This document shows positions 1 through 7,558 of a stretch of 31,430 nt of DNA, piece after piece. Position numbers and translations under genes: made by a program. Positions within the stretch are counted from its first letter, which is position 1. Every line of letters starts with the position of its first letter. Under the pieces are notes generated by a model. That model did not search any database and was not told the DNA's origin. It worked only from the letters and a program-made list of their open reading frames with translations. Origin of the DNA: a virus (lineage: Duplodnaviria > Caudoviricetes); the IMG/VR virus record IMGVR_UViG_3300011439_000036, positions 1 to 31,430 of that record; one strand, written 5' to 3'.

Positions 1-70
1 GGATACCAATGGCACGTACCCGCGCTAGGTGGGAAATTTTAACGATTTTGCGTAAGTAGTTGATATTGGT

Positions 71-370
71 ATGGAATGGAATCAAGCCGAATACAACTCA
101 GAAGGGACCAGGTTAAGGCGCGAACAGGCCGACAAATTGGCCCTGGAAAACGCCCAAGCCCGGCGCGAACTGATCCCGTGCGTGCTGGTCGAGAAGGTGG
201 TGAACGCGGTTTTGGGCGGGTTAGCCCAGAAAATCTCGTATTTAGAGATTTCGGACCTGAAAAAGCAGGAAATATTGGCGGATTTACAGGCAATTCCGAT
301 AGATGACTATTTCACAGTCGCATTGCGCGAGATTGAAGCGGATCCTGCGAGCGGGACTAACGCTTCTTAA
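71..370 (+). CDS. Terminase small subunit (Nu1-like; short, possibly lacking the N-terminal HTH)
   Basis: Directly upstream of terL; motif 'RLRREQADKLALEN..RRELIP' typical of the Nu1 coiled-coil region. Confidence 0.8.
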   Translation: MEWNQAEYNSEGTRLRREQADKLALENAQARRELIPCVLVEKVVNAVLGGLAQKISYLEISDLKKQEILADLQAIPIDDYFTVALREIEADPASGTNAS

Positions 371-2204
371 GCCACCGCCAGCCCTGAAAGTATGGGCTTG
401 GGGCGAATTGCGTCGGCGCATGAGCAAGAATGTTACTGCTCGGCCGGGGCGGTATCGGGTGTCGGCCACGCCCTACCAGAAGTCACCACAGGAGAGTTTT
501 ACGGATCCAGATGTGCAGGTCACGGCGCTGTATTGGGCTAAAAGGTTGGGTAAAACCGAGATGATAAACAACCTGCACGGGTCAGTTATTGAGCAAGCCC
601 CTAAGAATATCCTCCATTGTATGCCGACATTGGATTCGGCTAAGAAATGGTCAAAACAGTTCTTTACCCCGATGGTTCGGAGCATCCAGGCATTGAGGGC
701 CAGGATCAAGGAAGTGCGGTCTAAAGAGACGAATAACACCATTTTAAGCAAAGAATTTCCCGGTGGGACAGTTTCGGCGATCGGGGCCAACTCGCCTTCA
801 GGGTTCAGACAGGTCCAAGCCCCGGTGGTGACCTGTGATGAGGTGGACGCCATGGAGGATGGGCCGGAGGGGGACCCTGTTACCCTGGCTTTCGGTCGAG
901 CAGAAAATTACCCGGACAGTATCCAGGTCGTCTCCAGCACGGCAACCAGGCTTCCCGGGAGCCGGATCCATAGCTGGTGGCTGAAAAGTGACCAACAAAA
1001 ATGGTTTGTCCCGTGTGAATGCGGAAAATGGCATGTCCTTATGTGGGCTGGGGTGAAGTGGCCTGAGGGTCATAAACACGAGGAAACGTGGTACGAAACG
1101 CCCTGTTGCGGGGCTAAGTGGACCGATATTGAGCGGGTAAACGCTGTTTTGTCGGGTGAATGGCGGGCGACAGCGCCGTTCCGTGGTATTCGTGGGTATT
1201 GGTTGAATGGGTTGAACACGACCTTCCCGCCGAAGAAGGGGTACAAGACCAAGCTTCACCAGATGGCTTCAGAGTTTTACGACGCTTACACGGGCGGGGA
1301 AGCGTCTCTAATTGCCTGGAAGAACACGTTTTTGTGCGAGCCGCATGAGGAAATCATAGAACGAGTCGAGGTGGCGCCGTTGCTTGAGCGGAGAGAGCAG
1401 TACACGCCTGAGACGTTGCCGGTTGAAGCGCTGGTTCTGGGCATGACGGTGGACGTTCAGGGTAACAGGTTGGAATACGAGATTATCGCCCAGGGTGCCG
1501 ACGAAGAAACTTGGGGGGTAGAATACGGTCGATTGATTGGGGATCCGGAAAAGGACGCGGTTTGGGACGATCTGAAAAAGAACGTGTTCCGAACGTTCAA
1601 GCGGGTTGATGGGGTAGAGATGAAGATTGATTTCGTGGCAATCGACCATCGGCATAAGGGATCCAGGGTTAGAAAATTTTGGAAAACCTGTGGGCATCCC
1701 AGGGTCTATCCAGTTTACGGCAGTTCTGGGAAGCAATCTTTGTTGGTCATTCCGCACTCGAATAAGCACTACCGGATGCTGTTGTTCTCGGTAAACACCG
1801 ACGCGGGGAAGGATACACTATTTGCCAGGCTGCGGCTGCGGGATCCGGGGCCGAGATACATGCACTTCCCCAATGGGTTCGGATACGAGAAGGACTACTT
1901 CGAAGGATTAACAGCGGAAGAAATCCGGACCAAATACACGAAGGGCTTTGCTGAGAGGTATTACTACAAGGAACCGAACAGGCGGAACGAACCGATTGAT
2001 TTGCGGGTGTATTTCATCGCTGGGATAGACATTTTACGGCCGGCTTGGGCTGTGCTCGCTAAGAACATGGCCCGGTCTGCGGTGAAGGATTACGACATGA
2101 AGGAACCCGAAAAGCCACACCCAGTCCAGGCTATGCCGAAACCAGCCCAGTATAAACGGCTCTGGCCGCGGCGTGGGGGAGGGTTCGTGAATGGATGGAA
2201 ATGA
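303..2204 (+). CDS. terL: Terminase large subunit, lambda GpA family (start may be slightly downstream)
   Basis: TPYQ adenine motif, Walker A-like 'KRLGKTE', Walker B 'VVTCDEVD', 'EGDPVTLA..R', 'VPCECG', nuclease motifs 'VDVQ' and 'RNEPIDL'. Confidence 0.95.
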   Translation: MTISQSHCARLKRILRAGLTLLKPPPALKVWAWGELRRRMSKNVTARPGRYRVSATPYQKSPQESFTDPDVQVTALYWAKRLGKTEMINNLHGSVIEQAPKNILHCMPTLDSAKKWSKQFFTPMVRSIQALRARIKEVRSKETNNTILSKEFPGGTVSAIGANSPSGFRQVQAPVVTCDEVDAMEDGPEGDPVTLAFGRAENYPDSIQVVSSTATRLPGSRIHSWWLKSDQQKWFVPCECGKWHVLMWAGVKWPEGHKHEETWYETPCCGAKWTDIERVNAVLSGEWRATAPFRGIRGYWLNGLNTTFPPKKGYKTKLHQMASEFYDAYTGGEASLIAWKNTFLCEPHEEIIERVEVAPLLERREQYTPETLPVEALVLGMTVDVQGNRLEYEIIAQGADEETWGVEYGRLIGDPEKDAVWDDLKKNVFRTFKRVDGVEMKIDFVAIDHRHKGSRVRKFWKTCGHPRVYPVYGSSGKQSLLVIPHSNKHYRMLLFSVNTDAGKDTLFARLRLRDPGPRYMHFPNGFGYEKDYFEGLTAEEIRTKYTKGFAERYYYKEPNRRNEPIDLRVYFIAGIDILRPAWAVLAKNMARSAVKDYDMKEPEKPHPVQAMPKPAQYKRLWPRRGGGFVNGWK

Positions 2205-2386
2205 ACGAACTAGACCAACTAAAATCCGAAAACGCCAAGCTCAAGAAATTCTTCCGAGATGTGGCGCACCTTACAATCAACCACGATGTGCTTTCCGATT
2301 CCGCTGTGGTTTATCCCAGCCGGCTGGGACCTGTGCTGGAGGATGTAGACCCGCAGTGGTGGACCCATGTGCGGTTTGAGCCATGA
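2195..2386 (+). CDS. Hypothetical protein
   Basis: 63 aa ORF overlapping the terL stop region. Confidence 0.6.
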   Translation: MEMNELDQLKSENAKLKKFFRDVAHLTINHDVLSDSAVVYPSRLGPVLEDVDPQWWTHVRFEP

Positions 2387-2396
2387 CCCGGAAAGA

Positions 2397-2585
2397 ATGG
2401 AAATGAAGATATCAGAACTGATAGCGAAACTTACCGAGTTAAGGGAACAGCACGGCGACGTAGAATGCCGCATGGGGTCTCCAGAGGATGTCCCCGGAAG
2501 GGTGCGTGATGTTAGGTATTGCCCGGGCTGGCCCAACGATTATGGAGATGAATTAACGCAGCCTTTCGTAGACCTGAACCCATGA
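2397..2585 (+). CDS. Hypothetical protein
   Basis: 'MKISELIAKLTELREQHGDVE' is a common small-phage-protein N-terminus; ATGA overlap with the next gene. Confidence 0.65.
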   Translation: MEMKISELIAKLTELREQHGDVECRMGSPEDVPGRVRDVRYCPGWPNDYGDELTQPFVDLNP

Positions 2586-3913
2586 CCAGGAAAGAAGAAT
2601 TTTACAAGCTCTGGAAGCGCGGTATTAAACTGGTCGAAGATGGCCGGGATAAAGAAGCCGAACCGCTCCTGAACGATGCAGCCACGAGATTCCCGGATTT
2701 GTGGTGTGCTTTAGCGGTGGATTTGTCCAAGCAAGGGGAAGATCAGATCAGTTTAACCCTGGCTCAACGGGTTCTGGACTTGTGCAAGAGCAACCTGGCC
2801 CGAGCTGGTGCGTTGAACACGGTTGGGCTGGTGTTTGCGAATAAGGGCTACACCGAGGAAGGGTTACAAGCGTTTAAAGAGGCACATAAGCTGAAACCAG
2901 ACGACCCGGATATCATGTCCAACATAGCCCTGGCCAATCGGTGGCTGGGGAACATAAAAGATGCGGAACACTGGCTTGCTCGAGCTTTGGGTAAAAACCC
3001 ATGGATGCACGAAGCTGAATTTGAGCGTGCATTGATTACCCTGTTGAAAGGGGATTATAAGACCGGGTTCGAGCGGTACGAATGCCGGTTCCGGTCGAAG
3101 AACAACGGCTTACCAAAAATCACCGCGTATTGTCCGGAATGGGATGGGACCAACGGTAAAAAGCTGTTTGTATATTCAGAACAAGGAGCGGGTGACGCGA
3201 TTCTGATGATGCGATATGCCAAGCTTTTAAAAGAGCGTGGGTTGTTCGTTTCCTGGGCTTTTCAGGATTCGATGGTGAGTTTAGCTGAAAGTATGGGGCT
3301 GATTGACCATGTGTTCGGCGCTAAGGAGACCAAAGAGAAGTTTCCCGACATGGATTGTCATATCCCGGCCTTTTCACTTCCTAGGATATTCGGGACCACG
3401 ATTGAGACGATACCCCCTGCGCCGTACATCCCGTGGAGGTTCTGCGATAGGAGGCTTGGGCAGTTCACGGTAGGCATTGCCTGGCGGGGGAGTGTTACCC
3501 AGAACAACGACTATATTCGATCAACCAGCCTTGCGGAATGGGGGCCAGTGCTGGCCGTTCCTGGTGTCATGTTTGAATCGCTGCAAGTCGATGGTGCGGA
3601 TGAAGCCCTGCTTTACCCTTCAATACGAACCTTCCAAAAGCCCAGCAATTGGCTGGATACGGCCACAAGGCTATGCGGGGTGGATCTGGTTATTACTGTG
3701 GACACGTCAATTTTGCACCTGGCCGGGGCTATGGGGGTGCCTTGTTGGTGCGCGATGCACTGCCGTCCATACTTTGTCTATCCCCTGACCTGTGAACATA
3801 CCCCGTGGTACCCGAGTGTAAAACTGTTCAAACAAAATAAAGCTGGAGAATGGAAACCTGTATTCGAAAGGATTGCTTATGAACTTGCCAGAAATAATAA
3901 AACGCACGATTGA
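2582..3913 (+). CDS. TPR-repeat glycosyltransferase (N-terminal TPRs + GT-B, GT9/FlmG-like)
   Basis: TPR helices 'ALNTVGLVF..KG..EEGLQAFKEAHKLKPDD'; motifs 'GFERYECR', 'EQGAGDAI..RY', 'VGIAWRG', 'DLVITVDTSILHLAGAMGVP', 'PWYPS'. Confidence 0.9.
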   Translation: MTRKEEFYKLWKRGIKLVEDGRDKEAEPLLNDAATRFPDLWCALAVDLSKQGEDQISLTLAQRVLDLCKSNLARAGALNTVGLVFANKGYTEEGLQAFKEAHKLKPDDPDIMSNIALANRWLGNIKDAEHWLARALGKNPWMHEAEFERALITLLKGDYKTGFERYECRFRSKNNGLPKITAYCPEWDGTNGKKLFVYSEQGAGDAILMMRYAKLLKERGLFVSWAFQDSMVSLAESMGLIDHVFGAKETKEKFPDMDCHIPAFSLPRIFGTTIETIPPAPYIPWRFCDRRLGQFTVGIAWRGSVTQNNDYIRSTSLAEWGPVLAVPGVMFESLQVDGADEALLYPSIRTFQKPSNWLDTATRLCGVDLVITVDTSILHLAGAMGVPCWCAMHCRPYFVYPLTCEHTPWYPSVKLFKQNKAGEWKPVFERIAYELARNNKTHD

Positions 3914-4058
3914 GGAGTTGGAGAAAGACGGCCCGATAAAGCCTGGAGAAAGCGTTACGCTTCTGTCCTGTTGTTCGCCTGTAAAGACTGAGCCAGAACC
4001 GGAGCATCACTACTGCGAGTATTGCGGCCGCGGCTGTGGTTGTGAAAGTCAAGATTAA
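3879..4058 (+). CDS. Hypothetical Cys-rich protein
   Basis: Short ORF with 'CEYCGRGCGC' that fills the gap between two genes. Confidence 0.5.
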   Translation: MNLPEIIKRTIEELEKDGPIKPGESVTLLSCCSPVKTEPEPEHHYCEYCGRGCGCESQD

Positions 4059-4868
4059 ATGAGACATCCAAACTACACAGTGACCCTGCCCAGCCGATGG
4101 GGTTGGCAAGTGTGCCTAATAAATGATTTCTTCCAGGCTAACGCCCTGTTAACCCAAGGTGAATGGGCTCCGGAAGAAACCATGCTTCTATCCGGCCTAA
4201 TCAAACCCGGTTGGACCGTGCTGGATATAGGCGCGAACATCGGGACCATGACAGTAGCCTTCGCCCGGTTCGTGGGTCAGGAAGGGCACGTTTACGCTTT
4301 TGAACCGCAACTATACCCGCATGGGTGCTTGGGTGCCACAGTCGCGCTTAACTCGATGCTTCATTACGTGACCCCGTTTAAGGCTGCGGTGGGTGAGACG
4401 ATTGGGGAAATACCCGTTCCATTACTGGACCCGACCAAACAAACGAACTTTGGCGGCACATCTCTGCAAGATAAGCACACCGCCCCAACTGAGATGGTGC
4501 CCATGCTCAACGTGGATTCCATAAGCTTGCCAGATTGTCACCTAATCAAAGCTGATGTTGAAGGGATGGAGGGGGCGGTTCTGCGTGGGGCGGTTAAGAC
4601 TATCGAGAAGTGTCGTCCATTAATCTGGGTTGAACAACTTGATCACAAAGAAGGTTCCGCGGCTGAATTGAAAGAGTTCTTCAAAGCTCACGATTATAAA
4701 GCTTGGAAATTGGCCACACACCTATATAGCCCACACAACGCCCGCGGGGAACGGTTCAACCCATTTCAGTACCCAGACGGAACATTAATGGAGGACCACA
4801 ACGTCATCGGAGTGCCACATGAGGATGACCCGCCCGAATGGGTAGCGAAAGCCGAGGTATTCGAATGA
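4059..4868 (+). CDS. FkbM-family SAM methyltransferase
   Basis: 'VLDIGANIG', 'VYAFEP', 'IKADVEGME..VLRGA..TIEKCRP'. Confidence 0.92.
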   Translation: MRHPNYTVTLPSRWGWQVCLINDFFQANALLTQGEWAPEETMLLSGLIKPGWTVLDIGANIGTMTVAFARFVGQEGHVYAFEPQLYPHGCLGATVALNSMLHYVTPFKAAVGETIGEIPVPLLDPTKQTNFGGTSLQDKHTAPTEMVPMLNVDSISLPDCHLIKADVEGMEGAVLRGAVKTIEKCRPLIWVEQLDHKEGSAAELKEFFKAHDYKAWKLATHLYSPHNARGERFNPFQYPDGTLMEDHNVIGVPHEDDPPEWVAKAEVFE

Positions 4869-5077
4869 AAGTTCTTGGTCGTAAAATCGTCTGGGCTATT
4901 CCGCCCGGGATAAAGCCACTCGAAAACGCCCCTGAAGGGCGCCGCCGATTTAAGTTCAGAAATAATGGCGTTGGTCGGGTGTTCATCAAAACTAAAACCG
5001 GGGTAGGCCATTATATACTGGAGGATAAAGGAGATGTATGGGGGCTGATTCCACAAGGGGTGAATCAACGCGTATGA
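4865..5077 (+). CDS. Hypothetical protein
   Basis: ATGA overlaps with both neighbours. Confidence 0.55.
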   Translation: MKVLGRKIVWAIPPGIKPLENAPEGRRRFKFRNNGVGRVFIKTKTGVGHYILEDKGDVWGLIPQGVNQRV

Positions 5078-5652
5078 GCTGGGGCTTTTGCATGGTCGGA
5101 AACGAGGAAGCCTTTTGCAAGTATCTCAAGTTGGCATTTGAAAGCACCGAGCTTTGGCCGTTCCGGTATCTGGAAATCGGGCTGGGCGACCTTAAGACAT
5201 TCATGGCCGTTCATGACTTCCTTGATAATACCTATGCCCACCAATGCGCCATTGAAATGGATGGCGTCGATCTCCCAACGTGGACACGGGTTCCAGAGCC
5301 TCCGCGGAGTCGGATCGTCCTTATGGGTTCAGCTTCATACTTCGCATCCAGCCCCGACCCGGCCGATTTCATCTTCATCGACGGGTGCCACGCCCACACG
5401 TGTTGCGTGCAAGACTTTCTCGGAGCGGAACGGATCATTCGCCCGGGCGGAATCGTGTGTTTCCATGACGTGAACCCGCACATACAAGGCCAAGAAAAGC
5501 AACCGCACTGCGGCCAACCCGTGAATGTGCGACCAGCCATAGAAGTACTTGGATTACTGAACGGAACCCGCTCGGGCTGGAAGTTCCTGGAGGAAACGAC
5601 CGGGGATGAACAGAAAGGCGGCCGCGGGTGCATGTTCTTTCAACGTGAATAA
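5074..5652 (+). CDS. Class I SAM methyltransferase (Methyltransf_24-like)
   Basis: 'YLEIG', 'DFIFIDGCH', 'PGGIVCFHD'. Confidence 0.88.
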   Translation: MSWGFCMVGNEEAFCKYLKLAFESTELWPFRYLEIGLGDLKTFMAVHDFLDNTYAHQCAIEMDGVDLPTWTRVPEPPRSRIVLMGSASYFASSPDPADFIFIDGCHAHTCCVQDFLGAERIIRPGGIVCFHDVNPHIQGQEKQPHCGQPVNVRPAIEVLGLLNGTRSGWKFLEETTGDEQKGGRGCMFFQRE

Positions 5653-6637
5653 ACTCTATTACCTAGGCAACCCCGAAGATGGGTTCGGCTGGGGCGTGGC
5701 AAACACTAACCTAATTCGCTCCCTGGGCGAGTTCTGCGAGGTCGAGATAGCTCCCCGCACAAGACGGACATTCAACGCGCCTATCTTCGTGCCCATAGCC
5801 ACGCAAGACTTAAAACCGGACGTTAAATACGATGCCCCCCTGGTCATGGGCTATTGCTTCCTAGAATGGCCAATCCCAGACAAGGCCAGAGTCCACGCCC
5901 GGGCGTATGACCTGCTCTTTGCTGGTTCCACGTGGAACGTTCAGCGATTAGCCGAGAAAGGAATAAAAGCTCAACCACTCCTGCAAGGAATCGACCATGA
6001 ACGGTTCTCAATCAAACCATGGAACGAATCTAAGCCGTTCGTAGTCTTTTCCGGTGGCAAATTCGAGTATCGAAAGGGGCAAGATTTAGTCATTGCTGCC
6101 ATGCGTCTATTCATGAAGATGCACCCGGATTCGGTTCTGATAGCTGCCTGGCACAATAAATGGCCCCAATCCATCGCCACGATGCAGCATAGCAACATGA
6201 TTAATCTCGAAGATCCGTTCGCTGGTTTACCCGAGGGCCGGGTTGTGCATGTCCCACCGATGCCCAATGAGAAAACCCCAGAAGTCTACGCTCAAGCCCA
6301 TATCGGCCTATTCCCGAACCGCTGCGAAGCTGGCACGAACCTGGTCATGTGCGAATTTATGGCTTGTGGCCGTCCTGTTATAGCCACATACGCACATGGT
6401 CACAAAGATGTGCTGGATCGGAATGAGTATATTTTACCCAACGGAAGCTATGATCCTGCGGGGTGGTTCCACTGCAATATCTCAGACATTATTGCAAAGT
6501 TGGAGCACGCCTACAAACACCGGGAAGAATTGAAGGATCGTGGACAGGCGTCTGCGTCGCTAGTCTCGAACCTTACTTGGCGGGCGTGCGCCGAGAAGAT
6601 TTGCGAGGCTGCGTTTCCTGCTCCTGTGCCGGTGTAA
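5645..6637 (+). CDS. Glycosyltransferase, GT4/group 1 (GTG start)
   Basis: 'GID..RF', 'GGKFEYRKGQD', 'PNRCEAGTNLVMCEFMACGRPVIAT', C-terminal 'LTWRACA'. Confidence 0.92.
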   Translation: MNKLYYLGNPEDGFGWGVANTNLIRSLGEFCEVEIAPRTRRTFNAPIFVPIATQDLKPDVKYDAPLVMGYCFLEWPIPDKARVHARAYDLLFAGSTWNVQRLAEKGIKAQPLLQGIDHERFSIKPWNESKPFVVFSGGKFEYRKGQDLVIAAMRLFMKMHPDSVLIAAWHNKWPQSIATMQHSNMINLEDPFAGLPEGRVVHVPPMPNEKTPEVYAQAHIGLFPNRCEAGTNLVMCEFMACGRPVIATYAHGHKDVLDRNEYILPNGSYDPAGWFHCNISDIIAKLEHAYKHREELKDRGQASASLVSNLTWRACAEKICEAAFPAPVPV

Positions 6638-6827
6638 AATCTCGATTCTCGATTGCGGGTTCGCGGGATTGGATCTCGTTCATCCTTGACTCAGTATAGG
6701 TGACCTCCACGACATAACCCCAGCCAATCAGGTTTATGCCTTCGTTGTGTTCCACATCAAATACGTCTCCGGGCTGTACTCCTGGGTGATTCTGGACAAC
6801 TATTGGCTTAACGAGGCGCACGCGCAT
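6573..6827 (-). CDS. Small protein encoded after the capsid gene (gpFI-position, packaging/head accessory)
   Basis: 'MRVRLVK...PGDVFDV....LIG.G' with a basic tail; ATG lies 16 nt after a GTTGAC motif. Confidence 0.7.
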   Translation of the reverse strand: MRVRLVKPIVVQNHPGVQPGDVFDVEHNEGINLIGWGYVVEVTYTESRMNEIQSREPAIENRDFTPAQEQETQPRKSSRRTPAK

Positions 6828-6849
6828 ACACGAATAGGCTTGCGTCAAC
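6828..6849 (-). promoter_or_regulatory. GTTGAC-N16-ATG motif, copy 1
   Basis: Minus strand GTTGAC GCAAGCCTATTCGTGT ATG. Confidence 0.7.
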
Positions 6850-6874
6850 GGGGCGTGGCTGGTATGGTCTGGGC
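6840..6874 (+). promoter_or_regulatory. Sigma70-type promoter giving a leaderless HNH mRNA
   Basis: TTGCGT-N17-TATGGT (TG-extended)-N6-ATG at 6875; no SD. Confidence 0.65.
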
Positions 6875-7525
6875 ATGAACAGTGTAGAACCTGTCAGCCA
6901 AATTTCCCCCATCTCCGCGGATCCTTTACCGGGTCCGGTTCTACCGGGGGTGGGGGACTCTATTTTATACAGGGCTTGTCCGGTTTGTTCTTCCGTATTT
7001 ATCCCACGCAAGATAAACCAGATGTATGATACCAGAAGATGTAGCGCCATGGCGCGTGGTAAAAAATATCAAGCGAACAACAAGGAAACCATCTTGGCCC
7101 GTCGGCGAGCGCACTACCTGGCCAATGCCGACAAAATGAGAGCGCGGGGCAAGTTGTTTTATCAGAACAACAGGGCCAAAAGGCGAGCCGTCGCAGATAA
7201 GTGGCTTGCGAACAATAAAGAAAGGTTCAAGGAGATCCAGGCTAAGTCTAGGTACAAGACTATGAGGGAATTAAAAGGAAAGGTTTATTCCAAGCTTGGC
7301 GGAAAGTGTGCAACATGTGGCGAATCAAGGCCACCAGTCCTGTCAGTCGACCATATTAACGGCGGTGGAAACATGCACCGTAAATCATTACGCAGGGACA
7401 GGCGGAAGTATTACAAAGACATTCTCTCCGATGAATCGGGAAGATTCCAAATACTTTGCATGAATTGCCAATGGATGAAAAGGCATGTGAACGGAGAGCA
7501 TAGCAAAAGGGCCGCCCATTTCTGA
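6875..7525 (+). CDS. Free-standing HNH endonuclease
   Basis: N-terminal 'CPVC..F..CS', basic helical linker, C-terminal 'CATCG...DHINGGG...QILCMNC'. Confidence 0.85.
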   Translation: MNSVEPVSQISPISADPLPGPVLPGVGDSILYRACPVCSSVFIPRKINQMYDTRRCSAMARGKKYQANNKETILARRRAHYLANADKMRARGKLFYQNNRAKRRAVADKWLANNKERFKEIQAKSRYKTMRELKGKVYSKLGGKCATCGESRPPVLSVDHINGGGNMHRKSLRRDRRKYYKDILSDESGRFQILCMNCQWMKRHVNGEHSKRAAHF

Positions 7526-7533
7526 GCGGCCCT
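7505..7533 (-). terminator. Rho-independent terminator after the capsid gene
   Basis: Minus strand AGGGCCGCTC-AGAAAT-GGGCGGCCCT-TTT, 25 nt after the capsid stop. Confidence 0.75.
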
Positions 7534-7558
7534 GAACCCTAACCCACAACCAGGAGGA

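Noticed and set aside
1-72. Possible cos site and inverted repeat ATACCAAT/ATTGGTAT upstream of terS
   Set aside because: Position fits but the repeat is only 8 bp and no cos consensus can be supported
5060-5654. GTGAATcAAC/GTGAATaAAC repeat flanking the second methyltransferase
   Set aside because: 9/10 match is too short to distinguish from chance
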